From Octopus bimaculoides (Eukaryota), in the NCBI RefSeq assembly GCF_001194135.2, contig NC_068987.1, positions 55,915,067 to 55,979,066 on the forward strand: 64,000 nt of DNA. The letters run 5' to 3'. Of this stretch, positions 38,016 to 50,489 are shown piece by piece. The notes beneath the pieces are model-generated. The model did not search any database. It saw nothing but the letters and a program-made list of their open reading frames with translations, and was not told the origin of the DNA. The position numbers and the translations under genes are program-made. Position 1 is the first letter of the stretch. Each line of letters begins with the position of its first letter.

Positions 38016-38260
38016 TCTCATATCAAGATAAACAGCACACGACCTTGCGGGTGGGGTCTAGTTAAAATTTTCTTCAGCTCGAGTAGCCCATCCCACTCAA
38101 TATGTCCTTGAATAAGATTTGTTTAAGGATGATGAACGAAACACCCATGTTTCCAGATGTGAATTAATCAAACCTCAAAGAATTCTTCTAAACACACGGA
38201 TATAATGCTCCCCCACTAATTGTGCTCATGATCAAAGATGCACATATCAGTCACTAAGGC
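38016..38260 (-). mobile_element. Dispersed retroposon-like repeat; copy 2 (partial)
   Basis: ATCTCATATCAAGATAAACAGC...TCGAGTAGCCCATCCC...GCTCATGATC shared with 36576-36810. Confidence 0.65.
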
Positions 38261-39199
38261 TGATGATATGAGCAGTAATTGTGTCTGTGATATAATCAGT
38301 AATTGTGTCTGTGTTTTTGTAAGAAGACTCAGATGGCAATGTCACAAACACTGTATGCAGCCTCTGTATATCGTGCCAGAGGGGAACTTACGCACGCTTG
38401 CTAAACCCGCTGGAAAATTAGAACAATATTTATCAATGTACACCCCACTGTCCTTTAAAATAAACATGACATATTGAATAATGGAGTCATAGATATACTA
38501 TGTCAGAATAAAAGATAGATTCGTCACGATTGAACACCCTTTGATCTTAGGTCTGCTGGATCAATGAAGATCTAGGGAGATATAACAACAACAAAAAATA
38601 AACAACTCGTACGCATCATTAGATCTAATATTTAAACCGTTTTATTTCGAGGGAAGGAACTGTAAAGTTTAATCATAAAAAAAAACTGTGTCCATGACCT
38701 TCGTCGGTCCGCTTTCATATCCAGTCTTAGAATTTTTTATGTTTCTTTCCTCCGAAAGTTCTTTCTTCTTCAATCCTTGTCGATAAAGCTACGATGCATT
38801 AAATTACTACACACGCACAAGCTGACCACCAATTCAACCTTAATATTATAGGAACTCTATCTGGTTCTTTATGTTACTGTCCTCTGCTCATACCTCATTA
38901 CAAACACGTTTTTTTTTCTTTGATTATTGGTTTCTTTTTTCTTGTTTTGCTTTTATTATATATATTTTCTTATTGTATATTTGTTGTCATATTTTGCGTT
39001 TTTTCTTTTATTTTTGAAGAAGAATCATACCAAAGAAGAATCGATATTTTCTTCTTAGCTCTCGTATTTGACAGATTGTCATAAACCATTATTTCTCTTA
39101 ATGTAAATTAGTCGCTCAATCAAATTAACTTCATTGAAGAATGTAATTGAAGAAAGCAGAAAAGAAACAATGTGATTATGATGATGATGATCGAAGTGG

Positions 39200-39200
<1 letters not shown>

Positions 39201-39288
<88 letters not shown>
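39201..39288. repeat. (GAT)n microsatellite
   Basis: Direct tandem repeat. Confidence 0.95.
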
Positions 39289-39765
39289 GCAATGACGAGG
39301 TAGATGTTGATAATGATGATGAACAAAGAACCACGTTGAAGAAAATAAAGTGTTGAAAAAAGGTGATGGAGGAAGAAAAGAACAAGGAAAAGAAGAACAA
39401 CATCAATGATAGCTATAGCAGCAACAACAGTAACAACACGAATATTTAGAAAGGGAGAAAAGAAATGTTGACAAAGACTATGAAGATGAAATTATACATA
39501 TATGAATATAAATGAAATGCAAATGCGTTTATAACTACTTTTTTTATGGCCGATAGAGGGGGTAGTAACATCAATTTTCTTTTATTGTTGTGGTGTTTTT
39601 ACTTTTTGAGTTTTTTTTTTCTTTTCTCATAATTTTGTTTTGAAGCATTTTTCTGATGGTTCCGTTGTTTTCCAAGACAACTAATATTTTGTCAATATTC
39701 ACATTGCAAATCATACACACACTCATTCACATACGTGTGTGTACGTATTTACACAAACACACATG

Positions 39766-39797
<32 letters not shown>

Positions 39798-40249
39798 TAT
39801 NNNNNNNNNNCGCACTCACACATACATATCTATCTATTCTATGTATTTCTGTTTCTACTAACCTACCAATATATTTTTGTGTGCATATGTGCGTGTGCGT
39901 GTGTGTGTGTATACACATAGACACATGCATATATCAGACACATTCACAAACAAACACCTTGGTATACTTTTCTTCGTGTTTGTAGAAAGATGGCCAATAC
40001 TTGAATATGCCCTTATATAAATTATTTTCTTGGAAATCTGCGGTTTTTAAATTTCATAGCAAGTCTAGAGCCACAAGATAACGTGTTATCACACTGAGTG
40101 AGATATCGAGAGGATCCAAACGAAGGACATATTTAAACAATAATCTGAAGAGGTGTATTTTACTCCCCGAATATATGATAATGATTACACAACACTTCTC
40201 CAATGAACCCAAGATGCAAAAGTGTATTGAAACAATTGTAGCGATTAGC

Positions 40250-41272
40250 ACCGCGAGTGTGACGTTGTTCTCAAGCAGCTATGCTGTCCCGGGTCGACCT
40301 TGAGCGACTTCAACACAACCAAAGCATTCTATAGGGGATTAGTGGAGGGGAGGTACGACGACGATCTCGGGCCGGACCTGGGCGTCGACGAGGAATACCT
40401 GACCCGCCTGTTCAAGACGACTTTGGGCCGGGACCTATGGACAACTTCCAGAGATCCCTGGCCTGGCAGTGCTATCGAGAAGCGCTGCCCGTTCAGGATA
40501 AGCTCTACAAGCATGGCTCGAGAAATACGGGGCCGACCTGCCCGAGATGCGGTTAGAGCGACGAAACCGTTCTACACGCCCTCTACAGTGTCCAACCATT
40601 TTCGACCTATGGACCTGTGTCGAACGACTGCTATCGCGTGTGGGACGAGTCATTTTATCAACCGAGTCTATCGTGAATATTGTCGCGCCTCCTTCCTTGA
40701 AACGGGAAGGAAGAGCCATTTTCATCGTACTTGTAGCTATGGCGAAAGAATGTGTATGGAGGACGCGTCTGAAAGGTCTAGAGATAAACACTTTCCTCTC
40801 TGGTGAATCTCTCATCAACTTCTTCAAGTATCACTTGAAGAGGAAGGTGAGAGTAGAGAGGGAAGTTTTGTCTAGAGAATGTTTCAAAACAAGATGGGTG
40901 AACGTAGTAAGGATGGCACGTGTGATTGACGAAGCCACCTTGAGCATAATCCTATGAACCAAAACAAAAAAAAGAAAGGGGAAAAGAGAGTCACTTACTG
41001 TAATGCGTTTTTTTCTTGCGTGACATTATTGCCCGAGGTTACCGTGGTCTTTTCCGTAGGCTTTTCTTTCCACGGATAAACCTAATCTGTTTACCCTTTT
41101 CACATCCTGACATTTCTGTGATACACGATCCCTAATAGGAGGCTTTTTTTTAACAATCCTTTTCAACGAAATTCTACTCCTTTCCCTTTTTTTTCCTTCT
41201 CTTCCCAAAAAGAAAAGCTCTACTTTGTATTTTGTCCCCTCTGTGTTCAGCCCTGTGTGGCCAATAAAGAAA
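40250..41272 (+). mobile_element. 5'-truncated Tx1/L1-clade LINE: ORF2 C-terminus with CCHC knuckle plus 3'UTR
   Basis: TKAFYRGLVEG, TCPRCG*SDETVLHAL/QCPTIFDLW (frameshifted CCHC), ORF 40547-40957; tail ends GGCCAATAAAGAAA. Confidence 0.85.
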
Positions 41273-41561
41273 CATATCTATTTATATACTGGTATAAAGG
41301 GATAAGCATCTCACTATTGTTCATCAAGTAATCTTACATCACTTGAAGAAATGATTAAATAGTGATGATCAACTGGATGCTCACAGATACTACGGACTAC
41401 ATTGTAATCATCCTAAGAACACGGACTGTGATCTTAAGAGTCACGTGATTTGTGAAAACGCACGTAGCGATGCATCAAATGTTTATAAATACCATCCAAG
41501 GATTATTGTTATTATTATTATTATTTTTTATACATACATACATACATACATACATACTTAA

Positions 41562-41600
<39 letters not shown>

Positions 41601-42221
41601 TGTGAAAGAGAGAGTTGACGTTGTATGTGTTTAGATTTGGAAGCAAATTGGGCGTCGTATACAAGGACCTTTGTTCGTAGAAATGATATGTATGTTGCAT
41701 CTTGGTTGAGAAGCGACAGGTAGAAGTGTTCTGAAAATTTAGAAGAGGTCGTCTTGGCAGTAGCTAAAACAACGACGTAGCAATAAGAGAGGTGATGAAA
41801 CGTGTTGCTCATACAATTCTCTAAAACATCCTTTGGTTTCGCAATGTTTGCTTTTCAGGAGATATAATAACGTGTAAACAACATCCACGTGGTCACTGTG
41901 GATGGCTACTTTTCTATCTTTAAAAGCTTTGCAAGTCTCATGTAAAGTATTTAGCTAATAATGTGTGTATCAATAGTCATTAATAGAGTTTAATGTACGC
42001 TGTATTTTGGAGTTTCTATGCTTCGGTCTGTATCAAGTTTATTCAGATGAAATACGCAACTGTTGTTAGAGTGTTCCCTTGATAGAAGACTATTTACATA
42101 ATATAAGACATGAATCTTCATGAGCTAACAGTAATGGATTTAATCCCTGGTGCTGTTAACCTAAAGCAGTTGCCATATCTGCACACTTCAATAGCTTTAA
42201 CACATGTGCCCTCATACTTAC

Positions 42222-42310
42222 TTTGATACATTCGCATTTTGATGCACAACCTGCCCTGCACCAAGAATCCTTCACTTTGTGTCAGGGCATAATTTTCCCT
42301 CCCTCGCCAC
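42222..42310 (-). CDS. Candidate 89 nt internal exon (xWRGRENYALTQSEGFLVQGRLCIKMRMYQ), unknown protein
   Basis: Pyrimidine-rich acceptor ...CACATCTTTTTCAACAG| and donor |GTAAGT; one open frame; higher GC than flanks. Confidence 0.45.
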
Positions 42311-42468
42311 CTGTTGAAAAAGATGTGTTATGAGAAACAAACGGCCATATGTGTATTCATATTGCTGAGTGAACTAATACAGCAGTGCGCCAAATTCTAA
42401 ACCATTATCGGATGCTGATAAGTTCCATAACCATCTGCTACGTCTATATGAATTTTCAAAGCTTTTAC

Positions 42469-42574
42469 CAGGTACCGTTCTTTATGGTTTTTGTGAAGTT
42501 CATATTAATATTAATGTAGTGTCGGAGTGAGCTGCATATTTGATGGAGCTTTAATAATTTCATTATATTTAGAT
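42469..42574 (-). CDS. Candidate 106 nt exon (xLNIMKLLKLHQICSSLRHYININMNFTKTIKNGTW)
   Basis: ATTTTTACTTCTATCAG| acceptor, weaker |GTAAAA donor; phase-compatible with 42222-42310 across a 158 nt intron. Confidence 0.3.
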
Positions 42575-43588
42575 CTGATAGAAGTAAAAATTGAGTAATA
42601 ATGGTTTTTACTATAATGTTATTTTTTTTTTTTTTAAATCAGTAAATTCAATGTGTTGATTTGCTAAAGAAACAACAGAATAGGAGAATTTTTTAAAAAA
42701 AGATCAAGGAAAGAAGGATAATAAATAAATAAAAGTAACTGTTGAAGGAAAAGGTCAAAGAGGGTAGTTTGTCGATAAAATAGCAAAGACGGAGAAAAAC
42801 GAATTAAATTTTAGAAAATAGTATTTTACAAGAAAACACATGAACACATCAAATGTTTTGTGTATGGTAGAATTTTATGGGAAAAAGAAAAAAAATTACA
42901 AATAGATTAAACATTTATTTCATAATAAAATCAAGAAAAAATAATAAAACAGCATAAATAATAACTACGTTAAAAAACACATTAAAAAGCACATTTAAAA
43001 TTACATTTAAAAAACTGTAAAAAAAAAAATCAACATTGAATAACAATAAAAAAGTTGAAGACTGCTTTGGAAGGGAAAATTTCCTAACTTAGAAAAAACA
43101 TTTTTATTGTGTTTATTACATAAGTAGGAACTTAACATCAATGTTGTCGTTACTGTAATTGCTGTTCTTGATGTTGCAGATGTTATTGTTGATCAATTGG
43201 TTATTTCCTTCCTTCCCTCCTTCCTTCCTTCCTCCCTAGCATTCTTTCTCTTTCTTGTTTATTTAATTTTTTTTTGCGTAGGTGTGCTTTGTTTTATTTT
43301 TATTCATCTCCAAATGAGCTGCACTATGTTTCTGTTGTTATACTTTATTCATATATTATTGTTAATCCTGCTACTTCAATTACTACTGCTGCACTTGTTG
43401 CTGCTGCTGCTGCTGTTGGTATCGTTGTTGTTTTCGTTGTTGCTTATGTTGTTGATATTGTGGATGCTGTTGTCGTTGTTTCTGTGGTTATTAGTTATTG
43501 TTGTTCCTCAAACAAGCAGCGAATATTTGTCTTATTGATTAAGTAAATTGATTCACTTGTTACTTATGTGATGTGGATAATTATTTTG

Positions 43589-43628
<40 letters not shown>

Positions 43629-43751
43629 TATATCTATGTACATGCATATATACACACGTATGTTTATATCTATGTGTATTGTATGTGACTATGCCTCTAT
43701 GCGTGTGATTATATGTATCTACTAAGCTGTGTGAATATATAGATATCTCTC

Positions 43752-43798
<47 letters not shown>

Positions 43799-44039
43799 GT
43801 ATGTATATATATATATATTATGCATGTATGTGTATATGTATGTATAACATCAGTTGTTTTCTCTTGTATTGGACGGATATTTTCGCAGCTGTTTATCTAT
43901 CTCGTATTTGCATATTCATGAATTAATATGAATATAATACATATATATACAAACATACATCCACTCATTCTCGCCTAGATGTATACATGTGTAGTGGGGT
44001 GGATGTGTACATGTATGTGTGCTTTTACTTTGCATATGT

Positions 44040-44099
<60 letters not shown>

Positions 44100-46807
44100 G
44101 TGTTTTTCTCTGTGTCCATTATTCCTCGTTGTTAACATACAGTAAACTTTTCATGTGTATTTTGTTTCTTTCAAATTATTTTCGTTTATTTCTTTATTTG
44201 TTCTATGTCTTGAAGAGGTACATTTCATGAATGTTGCATAAGAAAATATTCAAAATATTTCTTTCTCTTACAATGTTTTAACATTTGGCTTCCCAATGCA
44301 TACATAAATAAACAATACAACGTAGAGAAAAGACTAGTTGTCTCACGTGTTCAGGATGTGAAAATATGAAATACTATCAGCAAACAACCATTGTTGTCAA
44401 GACTCATAAATAACTCAAACAAATTGCACCACTAATTAAAAATATTTCTGTCTCCCTACATGGAATCTGAGATTCTTTTTAATTAGAGAAAAATCTCTGT
44501 AATATCTGAGTCTACATTTCAAACGCAAAAGACAATAAAAAAAAAGTGAAAGAGAAAAGCATCATTTTTTTTTTGTTATATATAGTCTACTAATTTTGAA
44601 ATTGTCGCAATAAAGAAGCGAATCAATATCATAGTATTAAAAATGAAGCAAATAAAAATTGTATGAAAATCTGTCTACATATACGAAGTAAAACAAACCT
44701 GATTTGTGATAGTCGAATATATTTATATGCATGTATGTATACACATATGTATGTGTGTGTGTGCATATGTGTGTGTGCTTGTATGTACGTATGTATATGT
44801 ACAATAACTAAAATATATTACCTATAGACAAATATATGAAATAGTTCCTTTGTGTTAATACATTTTTTGTACAATAGGAAATACTTTTTGGAAACTTCAG
44901 TTTCGGAACCCTAGTGTCAAACCACAAACAAGTGAGACTTATACACTCCAATTACGTGTTTGAAGTTTTCAAATAAAAATGACCATTTGAAAACATTCTA
45001 TCAAGTAACGAGTTTTAGCTCCCATACCTTGTAGAAAGGCAGCTTAACAGATAGGCAGATAGACTATTTTGTATACGAGGTGAAATAATTATGCTATCAT
45101 TTTCCTATCTTAACAAAAAATAGTTTTAATATCTGAACATTTTTTCCTTATTCAGAGAATTTCCTGTAACCATTCAATATGTATACGAATAGTGACAGCT
45201 ATCCGAATGTTATAAGCAAATAGTTTAAACACTGGCTGATTCAATGCAATTAGTTGTAAAATTGTACACTCCATCCCTGTAAAAAGTTCCGACACTATTT
45301 AGGTGCATGCAGCTCCAACACTTACTAGAGTGGCGTTTCTACATACAGAGATAAAATGTCCATTTCTATGATAATTTGAATAAATTCCTCTGCTGAACAC
45401 TCAAAGAAAAGTATTGAGAAAAAATGAAATTCAAGCAATAGTCCTTTGAATAACCTGATTTCTTAGTTATGTTTGGCTCGAGCTACATTAACCGAACGAA
45501 ACGTAGTACTTGTAATAAATTCCATATATACGGTGAACAGCGAGAATCAAAACGACGACGCGTATATTCATCCTTAATATTTTCCGGAAGATTCGAACGT
45601 AAATATGCTAATTGCTGGTATGCCTCGTCATTAGTGAACAAACCGTTTCGGACGCATGTGTGTTCATAACACACTCAGTTCCTTAGCGTAAGGGGACTTG
45701 GAATACCTAGTCTCCTCAACCAAAGGCACTCTGGACTAATAAATCTAACAAGAGTCTGTAGCTGTTGTTCATAAATTCAGCAAACAAATTATTTGCTGAT
45801 GCGTGCTGATGTCTGCAACGGATAATAAATCAACGTGCGCACGATGACTACAAGGAACCAAAACAATGATTTGCATATTCATTTTTAATATATACCAGCA
45901 GATTCGAACGTGAGTATGCTAATCGCTGTTGTCTTTCGTCACTGGAGAACAATTTCTTTCGGTATTAATAGAAATATGGAAATCCATTTGTTTAGAAATA
46001 CAAGAATATGATGGATGGGTACTAAGTTTTTTAATAATACGAATATACATAATTAGAATTCACAATAATGTTTTTAAGCACGCTTTGTATATTTATTTCA
46101 TATCTTTCATAACACATTCATGATTCCCTATCTTTGTTATGATGATGATTTTACATTGTTTTGCTCATACAACTTATTCTATTTACTAAATTTGAAGAAA
46201 ATCAAAAGAGTACAACCAAAAACGACAAATATACGTCACGAAACATTCGCAACACAATACTACATTGTATGTCAGAGAATATGCATTGAATACGATTTTG
46301 TTTGAGTATAATAAAATACAGTTCTTCATATTGATTTATTGCGTCGGAAGAAGACATCAAATTTAGAGGTGAAGGAAATGTTGACATTCATCAAAACAGC
46401 ATTTGAAAACAATTCAAATCTAAATGACAGCAGCTAATCAATTAATTTACTCAAAGAGGAATGGTATTGTGGGAAAGAACTGGCATTAAGGGAAGTAATA
46501 TATAAGTTTTAAATCAAATTCTGAACAATTTTAAGCCGCCAGTTAGTCCAAATATCAAATGAAAACAAAGTTTATAGTCATCATTCTTCTCCCCTCTTGT
46601 TATCAATCTCTTTATTAGCTATATAAACTAAAACATGTTGAGTTAAGTGCTTCGCTCAAGGTTACATGAAAGTGCAAGTGGCAGAATGCTACTCACAACC
46701 TTACACGAAGCCAACACTTGATCCACTTGGCTGGTATTATGCATTCCGCATTGAAATTAGTGGTGCTATACCAATCAGACGAATTAAACATTAAGAACTA
46801 TAGTGCT

Positions 46808-46839
<32 letters not shown>

Positions 46840-47099
46840 TAGACAAGCAGACAGATAGATAGATATACATATACATAAATATCATATACTTATATATGTC
46901 GATACACGCACATATATATATATTTATATATATATATATATATGTGTGTGTATGTATATGTATATATATNNNNNNNNNNNNNNNNNNNNNNNNNNNNNNN
47001 NNNNNNNNNNNNNNNNNNNNNNNNNNNNNNNNNNNNNNNNNNNNNNNNNNNNNNNNNNNNNNNNNNNNNNNNNNNNNNNNNNNNNNNNNNNNNNNNNNN

Positions 47100-47153
<54 letters not shown>

Positions 47154-47907
47154 TGCATGTATCTATATACATATATATATATATATCTTTACCAATTACT
47201 ACTACAGTTATCAAAACATCAGAAAGTAGCATTTAATAACATCTAATGGATGATTGGAAAATTTCCATCAGAACATAACCTTTTATACAAATGAAAAATG
47301 AGAAAATCTAGATGAGAGTTTAACTATATCAACCATTGCAGGTCTCTATTATCGTTTTGGGACAATAATGCAAAACTCAGTTAGATATAGATTACATGGT
47401 AAAGTAATACTCTTTAATTTGTCTTGGCATCTATAGATATTCATATATTTATTTGATATAAAGATTAGAGTCTGGGGAAATGTTTTCACGGCGTAGACAT
47501 TTATTGGTGCTTTTCAAGTTTGATTTCTCCTTTGGGCTTATTCCGTTTACGGATTTACAAAATATCAATGTATTTATTACACGGCCATGTTTGGCTGTTT
47601 CCAGAGTTATGTATCAGTGGACAAGTCACAAAGCAGAATCTGCGTTGATGTTGCGCAGTCTCTACTTCGACGTTTTACTGTTATATACTCAATTCCTGCG
47701 AGATAACTGTTATCTTTCACTGTTATGCTGTACGGTTTCGAATTGTCATTTAACGACGACTTCACTTGGCAATGCATTTGATAGTATATTTCAGTGTTCT
47801 TACCATATATTTCAGCTCTCAGCAGGTCTCTTTCATATATATGTATAAAATAGAAAGTTCAAAACGTTTTTGCTCATGGTACTCTTTCATCTCTCTTCGT
47901 ATGAAGT

Positions 47908-47953
<46 letters not shown>

Positions 47954-48005
47954 CGTGTGTGTGTGTATATGTGTGTGTCGTTATATGTGTGTGTGTGTGT
48001 GTGTG

Positions 48006-48039
<34 letters not shown>

Positions 48040-48164
48040 CCTAGATAGATACACACACACAGATATTTAAACGAAGGTATAATAAATGCAACATATATAT
48101 ATACATATATATGTATATATATAGATATATATATATATATAGATATATATATATATATAGATAT

Positions 48165-48213
<49 letters not shown>

Positions 48214-48302
48214 ATTATAGTACATATATTATATATCTATATGTATATATTATACATATATATATATATATACATATCTGTATTATATATATACTATATA
48301 TT

Positions 48303-48708
48303 AAAATTATAATCAAGGTAACTAAGAGAGATACCACCATGCTAGAGAAAGCAGTCAAAACTTGACTAAAAAACCACTTAATGTATTCATACAGCACCAG
48401 GTGAAAAGACAAAAAGACAAATAAGCTAGCAAAAATTCTTGAATAATCCTAGATCCGGATAGCTGTCTCTGTATAAAAATACACTGTGCTTCATAAGTGG
48501 GGAATACACAGGTAGTATTTCCCACTGATGAGTCAGAGTATATTTTTATACAGAGCCAGAAAGCCGTATCTGGGATTATCCAATTATTTTTGCTTGTTCA
48601 TTTGTCTTTTCACCTAGTGCTGTATGAATACATGAAGTGGTTTTAGAGTCAGGTTTTTACCGCTATCTCTAGCATGGTGGTATCTCTTAGATACCCTTTT
48701 ATAATTTT
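48303..48708. repeat. ~400 bp imperfect palindrome (foldback) with a degenerate hammerhead motif in each arm
   Basis: 48303-48507 is the reverse complement of 48515-48708 with substitutions and indels, around a 7 nt spacer; right arm has CTGATGA (48525) and GAAA (48559). Confidence 0.9.
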
Positions 48709-48800
48709 ATAATTATAATTTTATAATTTTATAATTATAATTATAAATTTATAATTATAATTTTATAATTATAATTATAATTATAATTTTAATATAATCT
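48700..48800. repeat. (ATAATT/ATAATTTT)n AT-only minisatellite
   Basis: Direct tandem repeat. Confidence 0.85.
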
Positions 48801-48856
48801 ATATTTTAAATAACAATCTTATCCTTACTTACATAAAAATTTATACTATATATATA

Positions 48857-48903
<47 letters not shown>

Positions 48904-49696
48904 ATCTATATTTATATACATATATATATATATTATTTATGTATTACATATGTATATATTATATACACATATGTATTATATATATAAAATATATATTATA
49001 CATATATGTATTATAGGTACCTAGCGTTCATAATAATTTTTCTATCATCTTGGCTCAACAGCCCTCACCGTTTGATTTTACTGTCCTGTTCTCACTGTCC
49101 TATTCTTGTTAACACTTTCACCCGCTGCAAAAATTTCTAAATTTTATTTAATTTGCTTTGCGAGAAGGACTGTTTCAACGAAATCGCGTATTGTCCTTGC
49201 CTTCGAAACGTGGAATAGATGGAACAGCGACAACTAACGAAGGGGCATACTCTTTATGTTGCATGTCTCGTTTCTCTGTTTGTTTTTTTCGTTGTTCAAA
49301 GAAAGTTCGTTTGCTATGTTTTCGTTTTTACGTTTTCGTTGTTACGTTTTCGTTTTTACATTTTCGTTTCTCATTGTGTTTAACGTTTTTTGATGTCCTG
49401 TACCCATATATACATGTATATATACATATATATGTAGGTATGTACATATATGTATGGATATATGCATATATTTATATATTATTTATATTATTATATGATC
49501 GAACGCCACGCATCCTTTTCCAAGTAAGTTTTATATATATATGTAATATATATTATATACATATATTATNNNNNNNNNNNNNNNNNNNNNNNNNNNNNNN
49601 NNNNNNNNNNNNNNNNNNNNNNNNNNNNNNNNNNNNNNNNNNNNNNNNNNNNNNNNNNNNNTATATATATATATATATATGTATTATATATGCCCT

Positions 49697-50370
49697 AAAC
49701 GTCATAGGTGAGATTTTTCTTTGGTTGGTTGATACGCATTTCATGCGATCACACAAATATAGAAAGATCTTTAACAGACATAATTTAAGAATCTTTTTCA
49801 GTTGTTATGAAAAAATACCTTGCACTCTTAAACCACTGACAATGACAGGTTGTCCATGCAGGAGTAGAAATGAATGCCCAGTGGACGGCCGATGTAACAT
49901 CGAGGCTACAGTGTACCAAGTAAAGGTAGCCTCAAACAGATGCAACACAAATATCAGTAACATCAATGCCAACAGAGGGACACACACTAAACTTTATGTC
50001 GGATCTTGTGAATCCAAATTTAAAATTCGTCTAAACAACCACAAATCGTCTTTCAAGGTCCCGGAGAGACACTCGCAGTATACATATGGCGCCTAAAGGA
50101 CGATCATGCGCCCTTTAACATCAGATAGAAATTACTGGAAACTTGTGGATCCTATCGCAATGGAACAAGACTATGTAAATTCTGTATGGCAGAGAGATAT
50201 ATAATCCTTATCAACTCACATGAGCCAGGAGGCTACTTGAACTCCAGGACGGAAGCCGTGGGGAGTTGTTCACATTTTCGGAAATTTTTTACTTCAAAAT
50301 TGGAGAACCTAGCTCTCAAGCGAAGGAAGACAACTCGCCCGGCCACATTTTAAGAAGAATATTTCTTGAA
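49697..50370 (+). mobile_element. Penelope-like element 3' part: linker, Cys motif and GIY-YIG endonuclease (frameshifted)
   Basis: IGEIFLWLVDTHF, KIFNRHNL, CPCRSRNECPVDGRC, VYQ...LYVG...FKIRLNNHKSSF, LCKFCMAER, LNSRTE. Confidence 0.88.
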
Positions 50371-50425
50371 CTATCACCGGCGTTCTTGTGTTTTAAAAAA
50401 CATTCTTTGCAGAGAACAGTTATCG

Positions 50426-50489
50426 TTTAGAGAAACTGAAGAGATGTTTAGTTCACGCTAGATATGAAACCAATGGTATTTTTTCTAAA
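50426..50489 (+). ncRNA. Minimal type I hammerhead ribozyme downstream of the PLE ORF
   Basis: TTTAGAGAAA-CTGAAGA-G-ATGTTTAG/TTCACG/CTAGATAT-GAAA-CCAATGG-TA-TTTTTTCTAAA: core boxes, 8 bp stem II, near-palindromic stem III, complementary stem I. Confidence 0.75.

Noticed and set aside
49160-49200. AAGGAC...CGAAATCGCGTA.TGTCCTT, a possible degenerate hammerhead
   Set aside because: No CUGANGA box or convincing stem II.
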